Source: Candidatus Moraniibacteriota bacterium
GTDB taxonomy: Bacteria > Patescibacteriota > Minisyncoccia > Moranbacterales > UBA2206
Length of the DNA stretch: 64,000 nucleotides
Direction of reading: 5' to 3'
Assembly: GCA_013334765.1 (NCBI GenBank)
Contig: JAAXWW010000002.1
Location: 21,453-85,452 of the forward strand
Shown in pieces: positions 48,162-58,606 of this stretch. Made by a program: the position numbers and the translations under genes. Positions within the stretch are counted from its first letter, which is position 1; each line of letters starts with the position of its first letter. Below the pieces are notes generated by a model that saw only the letters and a list, made by a program, of their open reading frames with translations, was not told the origin of the DNA and made no database searches.

Positions 48162-50090
48162 CTATTCTATGCCTGTGTCGGATTCATCGCCGCCGCTTGA
48201 CTGAGCCTCTTCTGAATCGACAGAAGCCGCTTTCATGATTTCAAAGATGTTATATTTAGAACTGTACACATCCACGCTGTTTCCTTCGCGACCGTCGATC
48301 GCCAGATGCCAGGCAGCATCGGTATCATCCATTTTTCTGATATTTTTCCAGATGCCCGCGAAATCGCTTTCGATCCCGCTTCGGGTAACCACATAATAAT
48401 CGATATTCATCCCGCTTTCTATGAGAGATTTCTTCTTTATGCCCGTGCTCTTTATGCATGTCCCACGAAAGAAAGGACAGAATCCCCAATAATCGGTCCA
48501 GACCACCAGTTTGTCGGAATCAGGCAAAGCATTGAGATATTCGGCTGCTTCATAGCCCCCATAGCCCCAGGCTCCGGTTATGATCCGGCTCTTGGGCAGC
48601 ATATCGTTAGTATAATTGAAATAGAAAGGTTTGATAAGCCAAAGGCTTATGGAGCTTATGGCTATCGCTCCGACATAGATGGCGATCCTCCATCGGCTCC
48701 TGAGTTTTTCCCAATCGAAAAGCTCATAGATGCCGATGGCTGCCAGAATCGAGATGATCGGATAAAGCATCACTCCGTAACGTATGCTTATCAGCAATTT
48801 CTGCTGCAGGACTCCGGCATAGAAAGAAATGATGAACGCCGAAAGGATGAAGACCAGCTTCTTTTCGGAAAAAGGATTGGATATGCCTTTTATCCAGGCG
48901 AAAAGGGCTGAAAAAAAGACTATCGGCGTCAGCGAAAAAATGATCGGATAAAGCTCCAAGAAAATCTTGGTCATGATGCTCTTGCTGAAAAAAATCTTGT
49001 CGCGTCCGGCATTGAATGGCACGTCTTTTATCACAAAAGGCTTGTTATCCAAGGCATAATTCAAAAAGACCGCCAGAAAAGACAAGGCTATAAGGGCCGA
49101 CACAAAGGGAACGAGAGCCATGAAGATCTTTTTCGTTTTGGAAAGGAAAAGCAGCAGGAAGCGGCTTTTCCTGATTCCGGCATCCAGGAAAATAAGCGCG
49201 ACGAAAAGGAACAGTCCCAAAAAAGCCAGCAAAGGACTGGTTTTTTTGAATCCGATAGTGCCTTGATACAGGATGCTCGGGTCAACGAAGACCGCCGGCA
49301 TCAGCAAAGAAAAAACAGCGGCGGCAACGGCAAGGATCAAGAAATATCCGGCGATGAAACGTCTGGCTTTCTTGTGCAGGACGCCATCCTTGTTCCACTG
49401 TTCAAAACCATAATAAAATTCGATCGCAAGCGTCAGGATGAAGAACGGGACCAGAATTATGGCCGCGTATTTGCTGAGAAATGAAAGCGCCAGGAAAAAT
49501 CCTGTCAGGAAAGCATATTTCCACTTGTCATCTTTCAGATATATCAGGAAGCTGAGAATGGAAGCAACTGAAAATTCCCAAAGCATCGAATCCGGATTGA
49601 CGATTTGGGATATGCCGATGATTATCGGAGAAAGCAAGATCAGGGATCCGGCCAAAAGCCCCAGCCAGATCTTCCCAGTCAGCTTCCCTATGAGCCACAT
49701 AAGAACCAGACCAAACAGCCCGTTGAATATGAGAAGCGGCAAACGGAAAGCCAGATTGACCTCCTTCATCCTGTCGGGATCATTGACCGTATAGCCGGAA
49801 CCTTTCAAAGTCATCCGGGTGTCCGGCGTTTTTTCAAAAATAGTCCCGATTCCGGAAACATACGCCAGCGTCACTCCCGGCTTGGTGTTTATGCGGGTAG
49901 CAATCCAATTCTCATTCTTAATCGCGTCCCAGTATTGGAAAATCCTGGAAGTGGAATTGTAATACCAATAATGCTCGTCAGCGGTTGAGAAATCGGTCAG
50001 ATGATAAAGGCCGAAAGAAAAATAAACGGCCAACGGAACAAGCGCGAGGAGCGCCAGCTTTGAAAACCCCAACTTCCAGTGATGCGGCAT
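48162..50090 (-). CDS. GT-C (PMT/ArnT-like) membrane glycosyltransferase, paralog 3
   Basis: ADEHYW, INTKPG, SQIVNPD, SKY, WGYGGYEAA. Confidence 0.82.
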   Translation of the reverse strand: MPHHWKLGFSKLALLALVPLAVYFSFGLYHLTDFSTADEHYWYYNSTSRIFQYWDAIKNENWIATRINTKPGVTLAYVSGIGTIFEKTPDTRMTLKGSGYTVNDPDRMKEVNLAFRLPLLIFNGLFGLVLMWLIGKLTGKIWLGLLAGSLILLSPIIIGISQIVNPDSMLWEFSVASILSFLIYLKDDKWKYAFLTGFFLALSFLSKYAAIILVPFFILTLAIEFYYGFEQWNKDGVLHKKARRFIAGYFLILAVAAAVFSLLMPAVFVDPSILYQGTIGFKKTSPLLAFLGLFLFVALIFLDAGIRKSRFLLLFLSKTKKIFMALVPFVSALIALSFLAVFLNYALDNKPFVIKDVPFNAGRDKIFFSKSIMTKIFLELYPIIFSLTPIVFFSALFAWIKGISNPFSEKKLVFILSAFIISFYAGVLQQKLLISIRYGVMLYPIISILAAIGIYELFDWEKLRSRWRIAIYVGAIAISSISLWLIKPFYFNYTNDMLPKSRIITGAWGYGGYEAAEYLNALPDSDKLVVWTDYWGFCPFFRGTCIKSTGIKKKSLIESGMNIDYYVVTRSGIESDFAGIWKNIRKMDDTDAAWHLAIDGREGNSVDVYSSKYNIFEIMKAASVDSEEAQSSGGDESDTGIE

Positions 50091-50172
50091 GGTGACTTTT
50101 TTAGACGGTTATGGTACCATTCGATTGTAATATTTTTTCAACCTTTTCGCAATAATACCCCGATTTATCCAT

Positions 50173-51306
50173 ATGAAGATATTGTTCTTGAATTATGAAT
50201 TCCCACCGCTCGGCGGAGGGGCAGGAAATGCCACATCATATCTTCTCAGGGAATTCTCAAAAATTCCCGGTTTGGAAATAGACTTGGTGACATCTTCAAC
50301 AGGATCTTTCCGCATCGAGAAAAAATATCCGAACGTGACAATCCATTATCTCGATATCGGGAAGAAAGGCAACCTGCACTATCAATCGATGAAGGATCTC
50401 CTGGTCTATTCCAAAAAAGCCTTGAGCTACAGCAAAGGACTGATAGAAAAAAACCGCTATGACCTTTGCCATGCCTTCTTCGGCATCCCGTGCGGATTCA
50501 TCGCGATGCGGCTCGGCATTCCCTATATCGTGTCCCTTCGCGGAAGCGATGTCCCCTTCTATAACAACCGCTTCTTCCTTCTGGACAAGCTGCTTTTCCA
50601 AAGGATAAGCCGCAAGGTCTGGAAAAATTCAAGAAGGGTTGTCGCATTGAGCCATGACCTGAAAAACCTGGCCATGAAAACCGCATCCGACCAGGATATT
50701 TCCATAATATATAACGGCATCGACACTGACGAGTTCTCTCTCGGAACAGATGTCAGGCAAAATGAAAAGCATACCAACATCCTTTTCGTCGGCAGACTCA
50801 TCGAAAGGAAAGGCCTCGGATATCTCTTGGAAGCATTCCGCAACATTTCAAAAGGCTATCCTGATTCCAGGCTGATCGTTACTGGAGACGGACCGCTTCG
50901 GGAAACCTATCAAAAATATCTGGAAGACAACCGTCTCGAAGACAAGGTCGAGATGCTCGGAATAGTAAGCCATGACAAAATCAAGGAAATATACCAGAAA
51001 TCGCATATCTTCGTTCTCCCCTCTCTCAACGAAGCGCTCGGCAACGTTACTCAGGAAGCGTTGGCGACCGGACTGGCCATCATAACGACCGACACCGGCG
51101 CTGCCGAAATCATCCAGGGAAACGGATTGATCATCGAAAAGAAATCTTCGGCATCGATCGAAGAAGCATTGAAAAAACTGCTAGATGACAAAACGATGAT
51201 CGACGAGATGTCGAAAAAAAGCCGCCAATTGGCTGAGAAGATGGATTGGAAAGCGATAGCCGAAAAATATCTGGAAATATACAAAGAGGCTTCTTCGGAA
51301 AAATAA
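50173..51306 (+). CDS. GT4 family glycosyltransferase
   Basis: NYEFPPLGGG, SLRGSDVP, GRLIERKG, PSLNE. Confidence 0.92.
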   Translation: MKILFLNYEFPPLGGGAGNATSYLLREFSKIPGLEIDLVTSSTGSFRIEKKYPNVTIHYLDIGKKGNLHYQSMKDLLVYSKKALSYSKGLIEKNRYDLCHAFFGIPCGFIAMRLGIPYIVSLRGSDVPFYNNRFFLLDKLLFQRISRKVWKNSRRVVALSHDLKNLAMKTASDQDISIIYNGIDTDEFSLGTDVRQNEKHTNILFVGRLIERKGLGYLLEAFRNISKGYPDSRLIVTGDGPLRETYQKYLEDNRLEDKVEMLGIVSHDKIKEIYQKSHIFVLPSLNEALGNVTQEALATGLAIITTDTGAAEIIQGNGLIIEKKSSASIEEALKKLLDDKTMIDEMSKKSRQLAEKMDWKAIAEKYLEIYKEASSEK

Positions 51307-51370
51307 TAACTTGGCTTGAGACACAAAAAAACCTCGACGTCTTGTCGAGGTTTTTTGTTTTTCAGGATCA

Positions 51371-53416
51371 TCACTCCGCAACGCTTTCTGATTTGTACAG
51401 GCGGATATAGTTCTTATATCTTCCGTCGAGCGTAATCTCCCAGACCGGATTTTCGCTCAGCTTGTATTTGAAAGCCGGCGCTACCGAGCTTTTTGCTGTC
51501 TTATAAAAATAATCTATATGATATTTGCTGGTGTTCACTTTGGCTTTATGGATGCACTTTCCCACGAAAAACTCGCAGAATCCGTATGAATCCGCCCAGA
51601 CGGTCAGATTTTCGGCTCCAGGCAGCTTGTTCATATACTGCGCCGCTTCATAGCCTCCATAGCCCCAAGACCCCACGGTGACGTATTTCTTAGGCAGGAT
51701 GTCGTTCGAGTAGCTGAAATAGTATGGCATGATCAGCCAGACGCTTATGAAAGAAAAGGCGATGATAATGAAGGATATCATTTCCGGCTTGGTCTTCTTG
51801 AGTCCTTCCAGCGAAAGCACGCGATACATGACAAAAGCGATTGCTCCCATTGAAGCGGCCAGGATTAGGGAAAATACGGCTTTATGGGAAGCCATAAATA
51901 TCCCAAATCCGCTCTCGCTCACGATCCCTGCCTGCATGATGGCAGAAAGCGCCCAAAGAAACGCAATCGCCGAAATGACTATTGAGAAAGTCCCGAAAAT
52001 CTTCCTGAATAAGCCGTCCTTCGCCCGATCATAGAAGAATTCCCAAATGGCGATGGAGATGAGGATCATGCACAGCGGATAAAGGATGATGCTGTAGCGG
52101 ATCGTCAGAAGAAGCCCCTGCTCTATGACAGCTATATAGAATATGATGATGAATGAAGAGAACAGGAATGTCAGATATTCATAATTAGATTTCCTGAAAA
52201 TGGACTTTATCCAGACATAGAGAAGGAGCAGCAGCGTGAAAGGCGTCAGCGAAAAGACCAGTGGCACCGATTCCATCAGGAACTTATACAGGAACGGGAG
52301 TTTGGCGAATGACGGATCGCGCTTGGTGTCGAAAGGAATGCTTTCGAGATCCAGCAGCCTGTGGCGCGACAGCCAGTTGATGAGTATGAAAACGAAAGTG
52401 AAGGCAAGAATCAGATAGACCAGTTTCGGCAGCCATTTCTTGAGCGGTTGGAGCTTGGCAAGAACCCAAAGCCAAAACCTGCTTTTCAGGAAATAGGCAT
52501 CCGCCATAATCAGCAGATTGAAAGCCATCAGTGGCCAGAATACCGGTCCCATGCCGGGAAACCCGATCGTCCCTTCATAGAAATATTTCCATTTCACAAA
52601 AACCGCCGGCATCATGAGAGCGAATATGAGGAAGCCGCCCATGACTATCGCAAGATAGCCGAGACTAAGAGACAGCAATCGTTTGGAAAACTCGTCTGTC
52701 TTGTCCTTCCATTCATCATATTCGAAATAATAATAGGTGTGCAGCATCATGAAATAGAATGGAATGAAGATGATGCTCACGTATTTGCTGGCCATGGAGA
52801 GGCCGAAAAAAAGAAGCGTCAGCCAGCAATATTTCTTTTCGAAGAACTTGAGATAGGCCAGGTATGTCAGGATGGAAGCGAAACCGAAAATCCAGAAAAC
52901 AGAATCCGGGTTGACGATCTGGGACATGCCGATGATAACCGGAGAAAGATACATCAGAATGATCGACCAAAGGGCGACCCACGGATTGCCCAGGATCTTC
53001 TTGAGCATCCAGAAAAAGAAGATCGCGAAAAGGCCGGCGACGATGAGGATCGGCGTGCGATAAATGAAGCTTATTTCCTCTATTTTTCCCGGATCGAAAA
53101 TCTTGACTGTTCCGTCGGTGAATTTAAGCTGAGCTTCCGGATTATGTTCAAAGAAAAGCCCGATACCGGAGGTATACGCGAGCGTGATTCCCGGCTTATC
53201 GTTTATGCGGGTCTTCTTCCAATTCTGGTCGGCTATGGCTTGCCAGTATTGATGGATCCTGTCCGATTCTGGATTGAAAAGCCAGAAATGTTCATCGGAA
53301 GAAACGAAGCGCGTGATATTGTGGAATCCGAAAGCGAAAAACATCACTATGACCGAAGCCAGGAACAGCTCGACTTTGATATTCTTGCGCCCTTTCATTT
53401 TTTGGAATAATTTCAT
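51371..53416 (-). CDS. GT-C (PMT/ArnT-like) membrane glycosyltransferase, paralog 4
   Basis: SDEHFW, INDKPG, SQIVNPD, SKY, WGYGGYEAA. Confidence 0.82.
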   Translation of the reverse strand: MKLFQKMKGRKNIKVELFLASVIVMFFAFGFHNITRFVSSDEHFWLFNPESDRIHQYWQAIADQNWKKTRINDKPGITLAYTSGIGLFFEHNPEAQLKFTDGTVKIFDPGKIEEISFIYRTPILIVAGLFAIFFFWMLKKILGNPWVALWSIILMYLSPVIIGMSQIVNPDSVFWIFGFASILTYLAYLKFFEKKYCWLTLLFFGLSMASKYVSIIFIPFYFMMLHTYYYFEYDEWKDKTDEFSKRLLSLSLGYLAIVMGGFLIFALMMPAVFVKWKYFYEGTIGFPGMGPVFWPLMAFNLLIMADAYFLKSRFWLWVLAKLQPLKKWLPKLVYLILAFTFVFILINWLSRHRLLDLESIPFDTKRDPSFAKLPFLYKFLMESVPLVFSLTPFTLLLLLYVWIKSIFRKSNYEYLTFLFSSFIIIFYIAVIEQGLLLTIRYSIILYPLCMILISIAIWEFFYDRAKDGLFRKIFGTFSIVISAIAFLWALSAIMQAGIVSESGFGIFMASHKAVFSLILAASMGAIAFVMYRVLSLEGLKKTKPEMISFIIIAFSFISVWLIMPYYFSYSNDILPKKYVTVGSWGYGGYEAAQYMNKLPGAENLTVWADSYGFCEFFVGKCIHKAKVNTSKYHIDYFYKTAKSSVAPAFKYKLSENPVWEITLDGRYKNYIRLYKSESVAE

Positions 53417-53493
53417 ATCGTTTTCCCCATCAGGACTTGCGCATTTGCCTCAAAAACCTTTTAAACCGCGAGGCTATGCGGAATCCGTCCGGG

Positions 53494-54486
53494 TTATAAT
53501 GTTTCTCCTATTTCTTTTTCTTCTATCTCTTCTATGATTCCCCTGTCCTTCTTCGTTTTGAGATACATCGGAAGCGCCGCGAAGCTGATGAGCATCTGAA
53601 GAAAACGGCTAACAATGGAAACCGCCGTCACCGCCGCGCTATTGACTCCGAATATCCCGAAAAAAGTCACAAAAGCCCATTCTTTGAGCCCGATGTTGTT
53701 GATTGAGATCGGAATGGAAGAAACGATCGTGATTATGAATATCACGGACAAATAATTTATGATCCCGATATGGACTCCGAAGGCCAGCAACAGGACATAG
53801 TTGGCAAGCGCCATGCCGACTATGGAAAACACGCCGCCCATCATGACGCTCTTCACCAGTATGCCGTGATCGCTGCTATACAATCCCAGTTCATGAAAGA
53901 ACTCCGTGATCTTCTCCGGAAGGATTTTTTTGGCTTGGTTCTTTATGAGCGGGATGCTTTTCACTTTTGCCAGGAAAAGGTCGAAAAGGAAGGAAAGGAA
54001 AATAAGCGCATTGGCAACCAAAAGGGCTTTATTTCCCATGACCGTTCTGAAATTGATCAGGCTGAAAACAAGGACCAGGACGGTCGCGCCAACCAGCCCG
54101 GTTATCCTGTCCATCATGACCGAAGACGCCGCCTGAGCGAATTTGTTGCCCTTCTTGCCGATTTCATACGACTTGTATGTGTCGCCGCCAAGGAAGCCGG
54201 GCATGAAGTTGTTGATGAATGTGCCAGTCAGATAATATTTGAAGAAATCGCCGAACGGGCGATGGATGCCTTTGAATCCGGCCAGCATCCTCCATTTGAA
54301 AGCCGAGATGAATATCCCGGAAACGACGATCGCGAGATACAGGGCGATCTGCCAATAATTCACTTGCCCTAAATAAAAAAGGACTTCGTTCCATTTGATC
54401 TTGAAAACCAGCCAGGCGATGAAACCGAGGCTGACCAATATCTTGACCGCGTTCTTGAATATCTTTCCCTTGAATATCTTTTTCAT
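53494..54486 (-). CDS. LPG-synthase TM domain/AglD2-like putative flippase
   Basis: KW..L, F.NN.MPG..GGD, DR..G, P.SINNIG..E. Confidence 0.85.
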   Translation of the reverse strand: MKKIFKGKIFKNAVKILVSLGFIAWLVFKIKWNEVLFYLGQVNYWQIALYLAIVVSGIFISAFKWRMLAGFKGIHRPFGDFFKYYLTGTFINNFMPGFLGGDTYKSYEIGKKGNKFAQAASSVMMDRITGLVGATVLVLVFSLINFRTVMGNKALLVANALIFLSFLFDLFLAKVKSIPLIKNQAKKILPEKITEFFHELGLYSSDHGILVKSVMMGGVFSIVGMALANYVLLLAFGVHIGIINYLSVIFIITIVSSIPISINNIGLKEWAFVTFFGIFGVNSAAVTAVSIVSRFLQMLISFAALPMYLKTKKDRGIIEEIEEKEIGETL

Positions 54487-55649
54487 TTTTGTCTTGTTAT
54501 CTTTTCGTATTCGCCGGCATATTTTTCGGCGACTGTCTGCCAGCTCATTTCCTTGGACATCTCCAGGCTCTTTCGTGACATCGATTCCCGGAGATTATTG
54601 TCGTCCATTATGAGCTTGATTTTCTCGGCGATGTCATGGCTGTTTTCGAATCCGACGATGAATCCGTTTTCTCCTGGTCTGACCAGTTCGCTCGCTCCGC
54701 CGGTATTGGTCGTCACGATCGGAAGCCCGGTCGCCAATGCCTCAAGCATGGCGTTGCTCATGCCTTCGTTAAGTGAAGGCAGAACGAAAAGGTCCGCTTC
54801 CTGATATCGCGGCACGATATCTTCATGCGAAAAACGCCCCAAAAATTCGATATTCTTTTCCAGCTTCAATTCGCGGACCAGGTTCTTGAGGTTTTCGCTT
54901 TCGTTGCCCTCCCCCATTATCCTGAGCCGGATATGCGGATGATCCGGAACAAGTTCAGAAACGGCTTCGACCAGATATTTGAGTCCTTTTCTTGCGGTTA
55001 TCCTCGATCCTCCCGGAGTGATGACGAATTCCTGGGGGTTCTTTCTTTTTTCATCAGGTTTGAATTGTTCGATATTGACCCCGTTATGAATCACGCCGAT
55101 CTCCTGATCAGGGCTTGACTCGAGAGCCAGTTCCCGAAGCCCCATGGAATTGGAGATGACGCTTCCGGCTGATTTCCAAATCTTCACGATCAGGGGTTTC
55201 AAAATATCATATATGAACATGAAGCGGTCGCTATAGCCGGGAACATCCGAGCCTCTGAGGCTTATGATATAGGGTATGCCGAATTTCTTTTTGAACCTAT
55301 AGGAGAGATATCCGCAAGGGACGGTGAAAAAAGAATGCGTGGCGTCGTATCCGTTGTCGCCGGCTTCCAGAATGAGTTTCTTTGAAAACCAATAGGCTTC
55401 CCAGGTATAGACCAGCAGGTCCTTTTGGGATTGGAAATGGAGATTCCTGCTGTTTTTCCCGATAGGAAGGCGGTGGACGCGGACATTCTCCCCCATCTTC
55501 TCGAGGTGATATTCGCTATCGACAGATGAAGTCACCAGGTCTATTTCCAAATCGGGATTCTTTGCGAATTCGCGCAGGATGCAAAAAGCCGCATTGGCTG
55601 CGCCCCCTCCCAATGGCGGATATTCGTAGTTGAAAAAAAGTATTTTCAT
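54483..55649 (-). CDS. GT4 family glycosyltransferase
   Basis: NYEYPPLGGG, SLRGSDVP, RKG, PSLNEGMSNAMLEA. Confidence 0.92.
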   Translation of the reverse strand: MKILFFNYEYPPLGGGAANAAFCILREFAKNPDLEIDLVTSSVDSEYHLEKMGENVRVHRLPIGKNSRNLHFQSQKDLLVYTWEAYWFSKKLILEAGDNGYDATHSFFTVPCGYLSYRFKKKFGIPYIISLRGSDVPGYSDRFMFIYDILKPLIVKIWKSAGSVISNSMGLRELALESSPDQEIGVIHNGVNIEQFKPDEKRKNPQEFVITPGGSRITARKGLKYLVEAVSELVPDHPHIRLRIMGEGNESENLKNLVRELKLEKNIEFLGRFSHEDIVPRYQEADLFVLPSLNEGMSNAMLEALATGLPIVTTNTGGASELVRPGENGFIVGFENSHDIAEKIKLIMDDNNLRESMSRKSLEMSKEMSWQTVAEKYAGEYEKITRQK

Positions 55650-55758
55650 AACAGGGTTATTATATCAGACAAATGAGGCCGGAACAATATGCTGCTCGAA
55701 ACAAAAAAGGCTCCTGAAACCCGCTTCGATCGGATTTCAAGAGCCCTGGAAACTGGGC

Positions 55759-56259
55759 CTATGCCGTATAGAATTTTTCTCCCGGGGTGTTGCAGACCGG
55801 ACAGTTGTCAGGCGCGGCTCCGATAGCCGGATATCCGCAGACCGGACAGATATAGTATTCCTCGTCTGAGACGTCTTCGCCGAGTTCCAGTTTCTCAAGA
55901 GCCAAGTTGAAAAGATCCTGATGGACGCCTTCGACTTTCAACGCTCCCTGGAATGAAATTTCAGCCGCTTTGATTCCTTCAGCCTTGGCATCTTCAAGGA
56001 ATTCCGGATACATTTTTTCTATTTCATAAGTCTCTCCGGCAATTGCTGCTTCGAGATTTTCCTTGGTGCTTTTGATTCCTCCGGAAGCTTGCAGGTGATT
56101 GAGCGCATGCACTGTTTCCCCTTCCGCTGCCACGCGGAAAAGTTTGGCTAGCCCTGGTTTTCCCTCTTCTTCGGCTTTTTTGGCAAAAGCCAGATATTTC
56201 CTGTTAGCTTGGGACTCGCCGGCGAATGCCGCTTTGAGGTCTTCTTGTGTTTTTGACAT
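55759..56259 (-). CDS. rbr: Rubrerythrin
   Basis: AFAGESQA..KY, E.VHA, GETYE...MYP, E..H, CPVCGY...CPVC. Confidence 0.93.
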   Translation of the reverse strand: MSKTQEDLKAAFAGESQANRKYLAFAKKAEEEGKPGLAKLFRVAAEGETVHALNHLQASGGIKSTKENLEAAIAGETYEIEKMYPEFLEDAKAEGIKAAEISFQGALKVEGVHQDLFNLALEKLELGEDVSDEEYYICPVCGYPAIGAAPDNCPVCNTPGEKFYTA

Positions 56260-56390
56260 ATTTTTTATGGATTATTGAAAAATATTTTTTGCTTCTTTAT
56301 GCCTATTCTAACATAAATTGGAAGATAAAAAAACGGGCACACGCAGGTTCACGTGTGCCCGTTGGGGGCGGAGCGACTGACCAATGTCAG

Positions 56391-56600
56391 TCAAAGTCGC
56401 TGAGCAACTTCCCTTCCTTCAATGAAAACTTTTGCATTGGCAAGGTTGATGTCGTCAATGCCGAGCTTTTCAAACAAAGTCTGCCCAAGACACCTCGCGA
56501 TATCTTCCTTGGCACACACATTGTCAGAAACAAGGAAGTGGTGCTTTCCTCCCTTGAAAAGATAAAACCCCACAACCATGCCATTCGCTTTTTCAGCCAT
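56391..56600 (-). CDS. Small orphan hypothetical protein
   Basis: TTGACT-17 bp-TAAGGT at 56658-56686; AAGGAG upstream; terminator at 56328-56363. Confidence 0.65.
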   Translation of the reverse strand: MAEKANGMVVGFYLFKGGKHHFLVSDNVCAKEDIARCLGQTLFEKLGIDDINLANAKVFIEGREVAQRL

Positions 56601-56756
56601 TTCTTGACACTCCTTAGCGCCAGTTTTTTCTGGTTAAGAACAAAAGATAACAATAAGACCTTACAACAATATCCACACAAAGTCAATAGCGTGAAAACAT
56701 AAAAAATCCCCGATACGCAAACGTGTGCGTGTCGGGGAATAAGCGAGGAAAAGATT

Positions 56757-57089
56757 CTAAGCGGCCTTTCTCCTTGAAAGAACAAACTTATCAGCGATGG
56801 CACCTGTCGTCATTCCTTTCAGTGCTGCCACGCTGATTTCCGGAATTGCATAAACGGCACCCATGGTATGAAGCTCAATGCCGCTGATAACGCCAATCGC
56901 TGGCTTCCTTTTGAAAAAATTCGCAAGTTCCCGAGCAGCATCAAAAAGGGCCGGCTTGAGATTGATATGTCCCTTCAGCTCGATTCTTTTAACGAGCGGA
57001 ACGATACTGCCTTTCGCGTCATACGAATTAGGGCTCAAGAAAGACAATGTGCAACACGTAGCATTCTGCTGTGAAGTTTCCTTTTTCAT
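56757..57089 (-). CDS. Orphan hypothetical protein, ends in -KAA
   Basis: TTGACT-17 bp-TATAGT at 57178-57206; AAAGGA upstream; terminator at 56701-56738. Confidence 0.65.
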   Translation of the reverse strand: MKKETSQQNATCCTLSFLSPNSYDAKGSIVPLVKRIELKGHINLKPALFDAARELANFFKRKPAIGVISGIELHTMGAVYAIPEISVAALKGMTTGAIADKFVLSRRKAA

Positions 57090-57269
57090 GACGCCATGTC
57101 CTTTCTTCTGATTGTTTCAGAAAATGTTTCAGGCTTTCCCCTGCCAAAAGTACTATATACGCACGAATAATGAAGAAACTATACCAAAACAAGCTTCGGA
57201 AGTCAAATAGGGAAACAAAAACCGCCCTCAAAGAATGAGAGCAGTTTATTGAAAGAATATTCTTGAAAT

Positions 57270-58586
57270 CTATTCCGCGTCCACTCGTCCGACAGAATAA
57301 TATTTGAAACCTTCTTTCTTCATCGCTTTCACGGTATAGACATTTCGGAGATCAACAACGACCGGGGCATTGAGAAGCGATTTGACGCGTTCCAAATCAA
57401 GCGCGCGGTATTCGTTCCATTCGGTCATGAAAACGAGCACATCCGCTCCCTCGCAAGCCTTGTACGGATCATCGACATATTCCAGATCAGGCATGATCTT
57501 CTTGGCTTCTTCCATAGCTTCAGGATCATGAGCTTTGATCCTGGCTCCCTTTTCGGAAAGAGCCGAAAGGATGGTGATCGCCGGAGCATCGCGCATATCA
57601 TCGGTTTCTGGCTTAAAAGCAAGTCCGAGAACAGCAACAGTTTTTCCTGATTCGCTTCCTCCCAACGCCTTCTTGATTTTCCTGATCATCTTGGCTTTCT
57701 GAGCTGAATTGACTTCGACAACCGTTTCAACAATGCGAAGAGGCGCTCCATATTCCTGTCCAGTCCTCATGCAAGCCTTCGTGTCCTTCGGAAAGCATGA
57801 TCCGCCATATCCAGGACCAGCCTGTAGGAATTTCATTCCGATACGGCTGTCCAGTCCCATGCCTTTCGAGACATCATCGATATTGGCTCCGATCGCCTCG
57901 CAAAGATTAGCGATTTCATTGATGAAGCTGATCTTGGTCGCCAAAAATGCATTAGCGGCATATTTTGTGAGCTCAGCTGACATGAGATCAGTGATAACAA
58001 TCGGGGTCTTCGAAAGATAAAGAGGTTCATATATTTTCTTCATGGTCGCCTCAGCCTTTTCAGAAGCTACTCCGATGACCACGCGATCAGGTTTCATGAA
58101 GTCGCTGATCGCGGCACCTTCCCTGAGAAATTCAGGATTGGACGCCACATCGAAATCAGCTTCCGGATTGGTTTCTTTGATGATTCTCGCCACCTGATTG
58201 GCGGTTCCAACTGGAACGGTGCTTTTGTCCACGATGACGGTATAGCCTTTGAGATGCTCGGCGATATTTTTCGCCGCTTCGAATACATAGGTGAGATCCG
58301 CATAACCGTCTCCTCGCCTGGAACTCGGGGTTCCGACAGCGATGAAAACAGCGTCCGCTTCTGAAATAGCAGGATCATAGGAAGTGGTGAAATTCAATCT
58401 TCCAGCAGATGTGTTCTTCTTGACCAATTCATCCAGTCCTGGCTCATAGATAGGAATTTTACCCTCTTTAAGGCTTGTTATTTTCTTTTCATCGATATCG
58501 ATGCAAGTGACAGTGTGTCCGAAATCAGCGAAACATGCTCCGCTCACCAATCCCACATATCCAGTTCCAATGACTGCTATTTTCAT
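57270..58586 (-). CDS. ugd: UDP-glucose 6-dehydrogenase
   Basis: IGTGYVGL, PIYEPGL, KSTVPVGT, NPEFLREG, GYGGSCFPKD. Confidence 0.95.
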   Translation of the reverse strand: MKIAVIGTGYVGLVSGACFADFGHTVTCIDIDEKKITSLKEGKIPIYEPGLDELVKKNTSAGRLNFTTSYDPAISEADAVFIAVGTPSSRRGDGYADLTYVFEAAKNIAEHLKGYTVIVDKSTVPVGTANQVARIIKETNPEADFDVASNPEFLREGAAISDFMKPDRVVIGVASEKAEATMKKIYEPLYLSKTPIVITDLMSAELTKYAANAFLATKISFINEIANLCEAIGANIDDVSKGMGLDSRIGMKFLQAGPGYGGSCFPKDTKACMRTGQEYGAPLRIVETVVEVNSAQKAKMIRKIKKALGGSESGKTVAVLGLAFKPETDDMRDAPAITILSALSEKGARIKAHDPEAMEEAKKIMPDLEYVDDPYKACEGADVLVFMTEWNEYRALDLERVKSLLNAPVVVDLRNVYTVKAMKKEGFKYYSVGRVDAE

Positions 58587-58606
58587 ATTTTTGGTATTTT
58601 AATTTA

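Noticed and set aside
36592-53410. Long antisense ORFs (36592-37554, 44938-46101, 52361-53410)
   Set aside because: Shadows of well-supported genes on the opposite strand
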